Of a DNA stretch of 38,444 bases, positions 21,339 to 32,575 are shown in pieces. How positions within the stretch are numbered: the first letter of the stretch is position 1; each line of letters begins with the position of its first letter. The DNA lies in contig NC_068988.1 of the NCBI RefSeq assembly GCF_001194135.2, forward strand, positions 89,975,574 to 90,014,017, given 5' to 3'. The notes beneath the pieces were generated by a model. It did no database searches and was not told the origin of the DNA. It was given only the letters and a program-made list of their open reading frames with translations. Both the position numbers and the translations under genes were made by a program. The DNA comes from Octopus bimaculoides (lineage: Eukaryota).

Positions 21339-22123
21339 TTTTTTTTTATCTGTATATATANNNNNNNNNNNNNNNNNNNNNNNNNNNNNNNNNNNNNNNN
21401 NNNNNNNNNNNNNNNNNNNNNNNNNNNNNNNNNNNNNNNNNNNNNNNNNNNNNNNNNNNNNNNNNNNNNNNNNNNNNNNNNNNNNNNNNNNNNNNNNNNN
21501 NNNNNNNNNNNNNNNNNNNNNNNNNNNNNNNNNNNNNNNNNNNNNNNNNNNNNNNNNNNNNNNNNNNNNNNNNNNNNNNNNNNNNNNNNNNNNNNNNNNN
21601 NNNNNNNNNNNNNNNNNNNNNNNNNNNNNNNNNNNNNNNNNNNNNNNNNNNNNNNNNNNNNNNNNNNNNNNNNNNNNNNNNNNNNNNNNNNNNNNNNNNN
21701 NNNNNNNNNNNNNNNNNNNNNNNNNNNNNNNNNNNNNNNNNNNNNNNNNNNNNNNNNNNNNNNNNNNNNNNNNNNNNNNNNNNNNNNNNNNNNNNNNNNN
21801 NNNNNNNNNNNNNNNNNNNNNNNNNNNNNNNNNNNNNNNNNNNNNNNNNNNNNNNNNNNNNNNNNNNNNNNNNNNNNNNNNNNNNNNNNNNNNNNNNNNN
21901 NNNNNNNNNNNNNNNNNNNNNNNNNNNNNNNNNNNNNNNNNNNNNNNNNNNNNNNNNNNNNNNNNNNNNNNNNNNNNNNNNNNNNNNNNNNNNNNNNNNN
22001 NNNNNNNNNNNNNNNNNNNNNNNNNNNNNNNNNNNNNNNNNNNNNNNNNNNNNNNNNNNTATATATATATATATTATTCCTAACATTGGTGTAGGTTTTA
22101 AAATTATCTTTTTTTTAGTTTAA

Positions 22124-22288
22124 GGCGGCGAACTGGCAGAATCCTTACCACACCGGACAAAACGCTTAACGGCATTTCGTCCGTTTTATGGTTCAAGTTC
22201 GAATACCGCCGAGGTCAACTTTGCCTTTCATCCCTTCGGCGTGGATAAAAATAAGAACCAGTTGAATACTGGGGTCGATGTAATCGAA
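22124..22288 (+). mobile_element. SINE family B, 3'-truncated
   Basis: GGCGGCGAACTGGCAGAATCC...AAGTTCGAATACCGCCGAGGTCAACTTTGCCTTTCATCCCTTCGG...CTGGGGTCGATGTAATCGA. Confidence 0.88.
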
Positions 22289-23804
22289 ATTTCAAAGCAA
22301 CATGTTAGTCTATGTTTTCTCTCGTTATATCTTATTTTAAGTGGTCGTATATTTCTCATTTAAAACTCTAATTTTAGATCTTTACGTGATTTACGGCATC
22401 ATTTTATGTTTATTTGTCAATTTGTGTTCTCTAATGCTAGTTTTGACACATTTGCATAAATCGATAATTATTCTTATATCTTGTATAAATTTATTTACAA
22501 TTTTTAGTTCCTTTGTATATATCATTATGTCTTCTATAGTTTGAAGATGCCTTTTTTGTGTGGCATTTACAGCCATTGTTAGCTCCATTCAACTAAATTT
22601 AGAACGTAAAATGAAATCCACTGAACGATTCATCTTTCTATGAATATAGACTGCTATATATGTTATATATGTTGATGATATGTATATTATCTATTTTGTG
22701 CTGGTTCTTGTTCCTAGTTAGCATTTTGGCTTGTTTTAATCAATTTAGATTTTCTCTGTTATCCCACAGTATAATAAACGGTGAATTTGTTTTGGCTCGT
22801 TTACGTATATTGTAACGGTTATTTTTATTGCCATCCCCCTTAAGTTCGTTTACGAGCCGCTACTCTTTACAGCAATACATCTTTTCTGTTATCCGATCTG
22901 CTTGTCCTGTAATGATATTTCTCTCCAAGTGACTGGCTAGCTTCTTCAAGATTGTTTTCTTTTTATTCAGGTTACAGACTTGTATGTTTGTAGTATCAGA
23001 TATTTTTTTTTTTTGAGAATCTATGTTTCATCAAGCAGACAGTATGTGTTGATTCTGGTCTGCTTAACAATTCTTCGAAATCTACCGTCATACATCCATT
23101 CATACTGGTCAAAAGCTTCAAGTTAATAAAAGGTAATTTCCATTCCCCAGCTTCCGAGTTCTTAATTGATTGGTAACTTTCTCACCGGATATAGCGGGTC
23201 ATTCTGGCTGTAGAATTTTACTTATTTTTCTCTCCTTTTTTACTTTCGATACACCTGCCTTTGGTTGTACTTTTTCACAGTAACCATCAATTTCCATTGA
23301 TGTTCGTCAGTGCTGCAAATTTACGATTTTCATCTCTTTCTTCTTTTTTTTATTCCGTTAAGGTCCCCTGTATTATCTCTTCGTTCATGACAGAAATTTA
23401 TTGTTCCTATAGGAACATTTTTATAGTATTTGAAACACTCGCCAGAAATGATTTTAAGCATTCTCTTACTGAAACACAGACTGTATACGTTTTGTTTATA
23501 TAGTTTATATATCTTTCTCCTCTTCATACTGGATCTCTACTAAAGCGCGATAGATCTCACCTTTCTCATTCAAACTATGTAACATGTAATCATAGCAATT
23601 CTTTGCGTGTTAGAGGTTGTTTGAGGGTCTAAATAAGCTGCGTGTCCTTGCATAGTACAACTGCTGTAACGTAAATTCTTACATAAACTGAAGACAAATT
23701 CATTGATCCGTGGATTAATAAATATAGCAGTATCTTCCAAACTATTTGTTAGAATCAATCGATCTGATCCTGTTCGGATTATATGTGTCAGTTGACAAAT
23801 ATAT

Positions 23805-23972
23805 AGCCATGACTGTGGCTGGATTTACTTAGAAGCTCACTTTTGAACCATTTGGTTTTGGGTTCAATCCCGTTGTGCAGTAATCAGGACTAGGGTCTTC
23901 TACTAAACACTAGCATTATCCAATACTCTGAGAATGAATTTGGTTCACAGAAACTCTGTGGAAGCCCGTCGC

Positions 23973-24008
<36 letters not shown>

Positions 24009-24018
24009 NNNNNNNNNN

Positions 24019-24070
<52 letters not shown>

Positions 24071-24205
24071 TGTGTGTGTGCGAGCACGCATGTGTTTGTC
24101 TCTCTCACTTGTTTTGTTTACGTCCGCGTAACTAGCGTTTCGACAAATGATATCGATAAAACGATTACCATTCTTTAAAAGGTATTAGGATCGATTTCGT
24201 TCGAT
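23805..24205 (+). mobile_element. tRNA/CORE-type SINE (family D) carrying an internal (TA)n(TG)n microsatellite
   Basis: B box GGTTCAATCC at 23861-23870, then GTCTTCTACTA and GAAGCCCGTCG, microsatellite at 23974-24095, then TTTACGTCCGCGTAACTAGCG...GATCGATTTCGTTCGA. The order matches a common octopus SINE as I recall it. Confidence 0.75.
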
Positions 24206-26943
24206 CTCAACCAAGTTTTTGTCCCATCGTGGCCGCACTTCAATGCCTGAAATAATTCAGGAGGCTATTTGTTTGTGTTGAACTAGTGTAGCGTTTTACG
24301 TCGCTCAATGTTCATTGATTGAATGTGTTAACTTCTTAATTGTTTCTGTCGTGATGTCATGTTTTCTTTCCGCTTTGTTAAACTCTAGGACATCTGCTAT
24401 GTTGGGATGTGTTTGCTTCAACTCTATTTGTTGTTTGTTGTTGGGTTTTAGGAATANNNNNNNNNNNNNNNNNNNNNNNNNNNNNNNNNNNNNNNNNNNN
24501 NNNNNNNNNNNNNNNNNNNNNNNNNNNNNNNNNNNNNNNNNNNNNNNNNNNNNNNNGATCTCTGGTCTCTTATCAGCTGTTAACTGTTTTCCCACAGTAG
24601 ATGGGTTGTGGCTGATGGTGATTCAACCGAAATATATAAAGAATTTATAAATTATTAATTCACTCTTCACATAAGAAGCTCTCCCTACTATCTCCTTATT
24701 TTCATATGCGCATATATATATGTGTGTGTGTGCGTGTGTGTGTGTGTATGTGTATGTATAAATGTATATATACGCACACACATACATTACGTGCCTCTAT
24801 AAATATGTTTGTGGGTGTGAATAGGTGGGATTTTGTGTTGATCTTCCAGTGTAACTAGTTAAAAGAGCTTGTAAATGTGAATCTGTCATCCATTAATGTG
24901 GAAAATTGCGTCACAGTTGGAAATATATGACGCACTGTGAAGTTAGGTATTTGTACATCTTGTCAACTGTTGAACATGAAGAAACCACAAAGAGTGGTTT
25001 GGCAAGTGCAACGTTCAATGTATGGCATTGACGACCATGATAAGGAGAACTGCTTTTGCTAACTCCCTTTGAAAATTAAGTAGTTTGAAAATGTTAATAC
25101 TATGGTTTAGAAACAAACACGTGAAGTGATAAACATCTGCAATTGAAAAAATAAATGATATTCTCAAGTAAGTGATATTCCCAGTGAAGCATCTCTTCAC
25201 TGTGATTAATATAATCTATGCGCGCTGTAAAACGGGAAGAATGTTTGCCAGGCATTTTGTCTATTCCTATAAAGATGGTATACAGTTTGTAAAGTAAAAC
25301 GTGACTAGGAACAGCCGACGGGAAGACCATCGTGAACAATCGCTATATTGTGAGTGTAGAACCGATGAAAAATCATTAACTATTGAATAATACATAACTG
25401 CCAATGAGGAACAGCTTAGAAGCCCCGCTCAACATAGGTTAAACGCATAACTATCTGTTTCCTCAAATATCGAAATACTTGATGAAGGCTATTTGCAATT
25501 GCTTCACCCTTTGATTTTCCAGTGTATGGCATGTGATATACAGGAGGTATCTATCTCTCTGGCCTCCATGCATTGTATATGATACACATTCCCAATTCTC
25601 TTCAGGTGCCAGAGTAAATTTGGACTGAAGAAGTTGTAGAACACTTAGAATGTATGAAACAAGGGACAACTAGAAGTGATGGACGTTTAGAAAAAAAAAT
25701 ACGAAAATGCTTTGGACAGGCAAAGAACTAAGTCAAAATTAACTGGTTTCCTCAAATATTAACCTTTTCTTGATGAAGACTAAATTTCATGCTATAGAAA
25801 TGTTGCACAAGGAAATTAGGCAGATGTGAAGTAAATACTACATATTTGTTTCATTTTATTATTCATTTTTTACTGTCTTGACTCTTTGGCTGTGGAGAAA
25901 ATGTCACTCGCCTTTCAACTCTAATTGCCCACACCAAATCGTTATTCACAGTTATCCTAGATATATCACCACAAATCTGTATTGGATCTATGCACAGAGA
26001 ATCCGAAAACAGCTGTGTGTGAAGTCGGAAAGTCTTCACGTCTTCAACAATTGATAACTAAAGGACATGATTACCACAGATAAAAATTTAAGAAATAAGC
26101 GAACGCCTCTTCCACACAGGAACAGAATCCAGCAATATTGGTTTAATTTCTTAAGTCTCGTCACCACGGAGAAGGGTGAATCATATCCACAATACATCAA
26201 AGTCGGAAACACTTGCGACTTGATATGCTGTCTGGATACAAAGAAGAGGCAATTCTCACGATTGCGATCCATTGACAATAGCACTGCTGTGGCCAAATAA
26301 TATCAGTGACAACTGAAGATGAAACCTTAGTAAAATATCTCTCGCTACAACGTACCTTTCGTCTGTAACAAAAATACAGTTGTAACAGATGTAACGAGTA
26401 GTTAGGAAAGTAATAAATGAACACATATCGTAGTCTTTAGGTAAGATCTAAGTTTTTAATGCAATCCGCTATAGAATGGACACTTTCACATCGGTCAAGA
26501 AGACGGTCGGTATTTGAGTTCATTAAACCAGTATTACTCTTTCTTCTACATACATGTCACTTCAGAGTATATCATCTTATTCAATATATACTCAGTGAAG
26601 AATTAATAGGCTTGTTGTAGTTATGTAGAATTGAACATATGGTGATGAGTCATATGCGATGCCGTTTGAAAGTTTGGTTACGTCACTGTTTCTGCACAGC
26701 CTAATTAAATTTATACACACCTTCAAATTCTATTAGCTGTCATAAGACGGTTGGCAAGGTGGACTCAGAATGCAATGGTTTCTGTTTTTCTCTACTAATA
26801 ATTAGTGGTGTGCATTCCAACATATACATCACGTACATGAAATTATATGTGATTAGGGTATCACCTATATATAAATACGAGCGTATACAAACACATAGAA
26901 ATATACAGTCGCTTACATAAATACAAACACACAAACATATATT

Positions 26944-26945
<2 letters not shown>

Positions 26946-27005
<60 letters not shown>
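26946..27005. repeat. (GATA)n microsatellite
   Basis: Seen directly in sequence. Confidence 0.97.
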
Positions 27006-27007
<2 letters not shown>

Positions 27008-27066
27008 TGTGAGAAAGAGATAGAGGGTGAGAGAGGCAGAGAGGGCAAAGCGACAGACGGAAAAAG

Positions 27067-27178
27067 GAAGAAGAAGAAGAAGAAGAAGAAGAAGAAGAAG
27101 AAGAAGAAGAAGAAGAAGAAGAAGAAGAAGAAGAAGAAGAAGAAGAAGAAGAAGAAGAAGAAGAAGAAGAAGAAGAAG
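27067..27178. repeat. pure (GAA)n trinucleotide, about 37 units
   Basis: Seen directly; it accounts for the poly-Leu ORF 26942-27181. Confidence 0.98.
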
Positions 27179-27822
27179 CATTTAAATAATTATATGAAGG
27201 GAACGATAGTGATATGTCTACAGAAAATAGAGAGCATCTGTAATTCCCCGTGTTCCTATAAGCGCATGTTATATTTAATGTATTTGTATTAGAGCACGTG
27301 TAAGCATGCGCGCGTGTGTGTATGTGTCTGTCTGGAATTAATGTTGCTGTGTGATTAAAACTATGAAGGTGCTAGATGTTGGAAGCGAACCTAAAAGCCT
27401 TCAAACTACAACGAATGATATTCATCAACTTTTAAAACTGTTACACGCAATTAATCGTACATGTGTAGAAAAACACAAGTGGTAATTACGTAAATTCTTA
27501 CAGCGATTTCATACATTAATCACAGATGATATTTTTAATTAAAATATCTGAGAATACTTTAATTATTAATAAATCCCGTTTACTGGCAACAATTAATATT
27601 TCAAGATATTAATTTCACTGGTTTCTCATCATGTAACAGATTGCTTGGCGTTGGTGTGCTACGGTATCGTGTGGTGTAGCGTGGCGAGGTGTACAACGAT
27701 ATGTTATAGGGCAGTCAGGTGTAAGGTGTTGCTCTGTCATGTAGTGTAGTGAAGTGTGAAATGTTGAGGTGCAATGGGGTGTATTGATGTAATCAGCAGT
27801 GTGGTGTTGTGTAGTAACGTAT

Positions 27823-28121
27823 TGTGTGGCTGGATGGTTAGGGTATTCGCTAACGGTCGTAAGGTTGAGAGATCGATTCCCAAGAGTACGTTGTGACACT
27901 TTATTTCACGTTGCTCCAGTTCAATCAGCAGGCTAAAATAAGTTGTGCCTGTAATTCAATGGACCTGCCTTTCGCAAACTGAGTCACTTGAATCATGCTA
28001 AGAACTATGTTAAAGCTACATGTATCTGTGGAGTGCTCAGCCACTTGTAAGTTAATTTCACGTGCATGCTGTTCTGTTGATGAGATCGACTTGGACCTTT
28101 GTCCGTAATCGACGGAGTTCC
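27823..28121 (+). mobile_element. tRNA-derived SINE with a family-A CORE-like centre and a family-C 3' region
   Basis: The centre GACACTTTATTTCACGTTGCTCCAGTTCAATCAGC matches 33531-33567 and 21123-21150. The 3' part GTGCCTGTAATTCAA...GGAGTGCTCAGCCACTTGTAAGTTAATTTCACG..GCTGTTCTGTTGAT matches the reverse complement of 20345-20510. Confidence 0.85.
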
Positions 28122-28128
28122 AGTGTGT

Positions 28129-28172
<44 letters not shown>

Positions 28173-28177
<5 letters not shown>

Positions 28178-28319
28178 GTGTCTGGGGAGAGTCATTTTCT
28201 TATATGTATCATAATTTAACGCACTCACTGGTAAAATGTCCACTTATTTCTTATTTTACCGGTGAGTGTTTTAAATTATATGGCACAAAAGAGAAAATGA
28301 CTCTCCCAGGACATAACAT
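28173..28319. mobile_element. MITE-like fold-back (arms ~65 bp) inserted in (TA)n
   Basis: ATATTGTGTCTGGGGAGAGTCATTTTCTT...CACTCACTGGTAAAAT pairs with ATTTTACCGGTGAGTG...AAGAGAAAATGACTCTCCCAGGACATAACAT. TA repeats flank both sides. Confidence 0.8.
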
Positions 28320-28321
28320 TA

Positions 28322-28354
28322 AATATATATATACATATATATATATATGTATAT

Positions 28355-28405
<51 letters not shown>

Positions 28406-28448
28406 CAGACAGAGACAGAGACAGACAGACAGGCAGACAGACAGACAT

Positions 28449-28496
<48 letters not shown>

Positions 28497-28497
28497 T
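28322..28497. repeat. (TA)n-(GA)n-(GACA)n-(GATA)n compound microsatellite
   Basis: Seen directly in sequence. Confidence 0.95.
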
Positions 28498-30028
28498 AGG
28501 ATGATTGAAAATATTCACGTGGGAATTTGATATTAAATGTTAGTCGAACGTTTCAAAAACAATTTTGGTTCATTTTCATATTTGAAGTCAGTTCTCTAAC
28601 CGCTTTGTTCAAAATACGCGGCCCTTTATTTACTTGTATATGTTTCTTGACAATATTATATATTTGTAAATAATATATATGGATGTAGCTGTACCGCTCA
28701 CAGTTTTCTAAAAACAAATATGGATGTATATATGCATTTACACACGCACACAGATACATACGCACTTGAACACATACAGACACACTGACACATACGCGCA
28801 CACACACATATACATATATAATTATGTATGTATGTATGTATATTTATGCATAAACACATGTAGAAAACCTATATTTAAAATATTATCTATGTAACCTGAC
28901 TTATTTTCATTTCAATCTGTAAATAGTTTCTCCTCTATTTTTTTTTTTTCTGAGAAAAGATTATACTATTCAGGAATATAAATATATCACATTTGTTAGA
29001 ATTCTTTGCTATAGGTAAATATAGAGATTATATTCTCGCTGTATCTTACACAATACCTGAAATGTCATTAATACATAAAATGTACCTTTCTTTTCATGAT
29101 TCAGTAGGTTTCGATAAATAACAAGGATTTGCCATTTTTTACCCACACAAATATTAGTGTGTTTATCAACCCTGTTTCACACGGAAATTAAATTAGAATC
29201 AATATAGCATTTTCTGATGTAAGATTCGAGCGTACATATGTCGCATTATCTTTTCATCAAAAGCATCGATTTATCTCTAAACAAAAACACATACACACAC
29301 ATATATATCTTCACACTTATTGCAGCGACCCTTCACTTTTTCTAAGCCCTGTACCAGAAATACGGAAGGCTGAGTCTCCAACCAAACCTTTTGCGATATT
29401 CTTAAAGTCAGGAACATTCCAGCAGCCACACACACACCGGCGCGTTATCGCACATGTACACACAGTTACTACCACAGGCACACACGCTATCACACACACA
29501 CACGCTATCACACACACGCGCTATCGCACACACACGCTGCCGTACGTACACAAACTATCAAACACACACACNNNNNNNNNNNNNNNNNNNNNNNNNNNNN
29601 NNNNNNNNNNNNNNNNNNNNNNNNNNNNNNNNNNNNNNNNNNNNNNNNNNNNNNNNNNNNNNNNNNNNNNNNNNNNNNNNNNNNNNNNNNNNNNNNNNNN
29701 NNNNNNNNNNNNNNNNNNNNNNNNNNNNNNNNNNNNNNNNNNNNNNNNNNNNNNNNNNNNNNNNNNNNNNNNNNNNNNNNNNNNNNNNNNNNNNNNNNNN
29801 NNNNNNNNNNNNNNNNNNNNNNNNNNNNNNNNNNNNNNNNNNNNNNNNNNNNNNNNNNNNNNNNNNNNNNNNNNNNNNNNNNNNNNNNNNNNNNNNNNNN
29901 NNNNNNNNNNNNNNNNNNNNNNNNNNNNNNNNNNNNNNNNNNNNNNNNNNNNNNNNNNNNNNNNNNNNNNNNNNNNNNNNNNNNNNNNNNNNNNNNNNNN
30001 NNNNNNNNNNNNNATACATACATATATA

Positions 30029-30845
30029 CGGGGTGCGGTGAATATATTGTCGTCTAAAGAACGAGAATAATAATGACATCTCATTTTAACAGATATATTT
30101 TACCAACATTACATAAAAATATCTTGATATACTAAAGAGTAAATTTATTCATTAAAATTGCCATTAGCTTCAACCACGGCCTCCAGACGACTTCGGAATC
30201 TCCTGCAACTCCTCTGGACCACCTACTTGTTTAAGTTGGTGAATGCTGCTATAAACCTTGCCTTCAGTTCACCTTAGGTGTTACTAACAGTTTTGTTGGG
30301 CTCTCGCCCAATTACACCCCACACATTATAATCAAGTGGTTTGCAGTCTGGGGAGTTAGGTGGCTAGATGTTAGGGATGATGTGGTCGCAGAAATTGTCT
30401 GATAGTCAAGTCTGGGTTCTCCTGGTAGTGTGGGATGGTGCAGAGTCCTGTTGCTAAGCAGGGTCTTCCAGTAACCACCCTCTTCATCCAGGGCAGCAAT
30501 ACCTCCTCCGGGCACTTAGTGTAGGCCTCACTATTGAGTGTGAGGCCGTATGGGAAGATGAATGAAGGCATCTAGTGATCACTCTCAACGCAATAAATGT
30601 TGACTGGATGTTTGAATTTTATCACGCCTGGTAGATGTTTTGGGGACAATCCGTCCTCGGATTGATACACAAATACTCTGTAATGTTCGTATTGGTGCTT
30701 GTGGCGCGAAGACCAACCAGTACAGCATGTCATTTCCAAATTCCTGTCAGAGTGAATTGCGTCATGGTGCTGTTTTTTTTTTTTTTTTTCATAGACGGAG
30801 CGCAACCGATCAGCGTAGGTGACAGAATCAAAAACAAACAATGCG
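30029..30845 (-). mobile_element. Tc1/mariner DD37D (maT-type) element, internally deleted, transposase pseudogene
   Basis: ATG at 30765 gives MTQFTLTGIWK*HAVL...NPRT, joined to LSPKHLP..KFKHPVNI, MPSFIFPYGL, QQDSAPSHT...PPNSPDCKPLDY (37 residues between the last two Asp), and RFRSRLEAVVEANGNFNE* (stop 30145-30147). TA at 30027-30028 is followed by a TIR-like CGGGGTGCGGTGAATATATTGTCG. Confidence 0.93.
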
Positions 30846-30871
30846 TGCATACGAAATTAAATATATAAAAT

Positions 30872-31050
30872 GTATCTAATCTCGTATCTAGTAATATTTA
30901 GAGAAAATGTATTCAGGTGCATGTGGACAAGCAAATACTCTCATTCCGAGTAGTAAGTAATACTTAATACTCGGAATGAAGACGTTTTAGCTTGTCCACG
31001 TGCACCGAAACACTTTTTCTCTAAGTGTTACTAGATATGAGATTAGATAC
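30872..31050. mobile_element. MITE-like, nearly loop-less palindrome (arms ~88 bp)
   Basis: GTATCTAATCTCGTATCTAGTAATATTTAGAGAAAA...GTGGACAAGC...TCATTCCGAGTA pairs with TACTCGGAATGA...GCTTGTCCAC...TTTTCTCTAAGTGTTACTAGATATGAGATTAGATAC, about 85% identity by eye. Centre at ~30960. Confidence 0.85.
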
Positions 31051-31721
31051 TTGCATACATGAATAATAGTTATTAAATATAAATATATAGTACATATTAG
31101 AAAAAAATAAATAAACTCATACACATACATACTATTGGGGTTTTTTCCAGATACCCACAGAAATATATAAATAACTAATCATTTAAAGTTTACATGCATG
31201 TGTCATTCTCTTCGTCTGTTACGCATTGACAATCAGAATGATGTCAATACTATCCAACATTTACTTGTAGTCTTTCAGTGTATGGATGACACCTGGTATT
31301 TTCTGTCTCTTTTACATGTATTAGCACACTAATGTTTACTCCGTATAACTTTGCCCTGCATGAATTAGTGGAACCAATACTTCCTTGACCCTATTGTTTC
31401 TCAGGTCTCATCTGGGCTGCAGATGAGACGTCACAAGGGTAATTAGCATGTAAACAGTGAGAGTTCAGCTATGAATCTGAGAAGAATCAGTCCTTGACTA
31501 AATCACGGGGGGGGGTGCTCTTGACTACGTCTAGCGCCCACCAACCCTAAGAGGACAATTACGTTGAAATCGTGGTAGCCAGCATAGTGGATAAGGGCCA
31601 TTTCGGCAGATCAAGTTATTGATTCAATGGCAAATACTATAAAATACTGAACGAATGAAAAGTCAACAAAACTCAACGGCCAGGACCAGCAAGTTCAGTT
31701 GGTGAACCCTGGTCCTGGTTT

Positions 31722-31760
31722 ATGATGATGATGATGATGATGATGATGATTATGATGATA
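31722..31760. repeat. (ATG)n tract, probably a retroposon tail
   Basis: Seen directly; it starts immediately after the stem-loop at 31680-31718. Confidence 0.9.
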
Positions 31761-32269
31761 TCTACTCTGTCCTCAAAACATCCACACCTTGTTACCACAT
31801 ATCAAACACTCTATGCTGCGCTTCCTTTCTTTCTCTCTCTCTCCCTCTCTCTCTCTCTTCTTTTCCTATTTGCCGAGTTATATTTCCGCAGTCTCAGTGT
31901 TGACACGTCTTTCCTATAAGGAGACTGTAAAATCTTCATAAAGAAACTTACACATTACCGATCAGGTATACATACACCCCATGATCAGGTCTAACAAGGA
32001 ACAAAACTATGGATCTAACAACACACACCTTTTGATGGATGTATCTAGACGTAGAATATACTCACTGCCATGTGTGTCACATACATACATGAAAATCATT
32101 TATCTACATTTTGTTTGCTGTTAGTACAATAAGCTCAATGAATACTAAGTACACAGACATATGTGTATAGTAACATATATTTATACATATACATACATAT
32201 ATACGTACGCATATACATACTTACACGCACATATATATATATACAAATGTAGATATGTACATATCTATA

Positions 32270-32287
32270 TATCTATATATCTATCTC

Positions 32288-32320
<33 letters not shown>

Positions 32321-32458
32321 ATATATATATATATATACATGCTTATATTCGCATGCAGCGCCGAGGAGAGTCGTGAGAGAAGAAACTTTGGGATCGCTAC
32401 AGGGCATAAACATAAATAAACTAGATACATACGTAGAAAAATTGACACGTATGCAGGT

Positions 32459-32519
<61 letters not shown>

Positions 32520-32575
32520 AGAGAGAAAAATAGGGGGAGAGAAAAATAGGGAGAGAGAAAAATAGGGAGAGAGAA
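32270..32575. repeat. (CTAT)n, (TA)n and (GA)n microsatellites plus a 16-18-bp GAGAAAAATAGGGAGA triplication
   Basis: Seen directly, interrupted by unique sequence at ~32340-32455. Confidence 0.9.

Noticed and set aside
22850-23760. Weak RTE-like phrases on the minus strand (KRMLKI, MNEEII, MITCYI)
   Set aside because: Too fragmentary and frame-scattered to call.
25448-25790. Short direct repeat TTTCCTCAAATAT...CTTGATGAAG(G/A)CTA at ~25448 and ~25746; hammerhead-like TGATGA
   Set aside because: Only ~35 bp with low identity, and no proper stem II or GAAA core.
25880-26400. Possible Helitron helicase or ABC-like motifs (LDLCTENPKTAVCEVGK; IISTIHQS)
   Set aside because: The motifs suggest conflicting families and the frame has many stops.
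29317-29420. Protein-like peptide WNVPDFKNIAKGLVGDSAFRISGTG on the minus strand
   Set aside because: Short, no convincing splice sites, and no family recognised.
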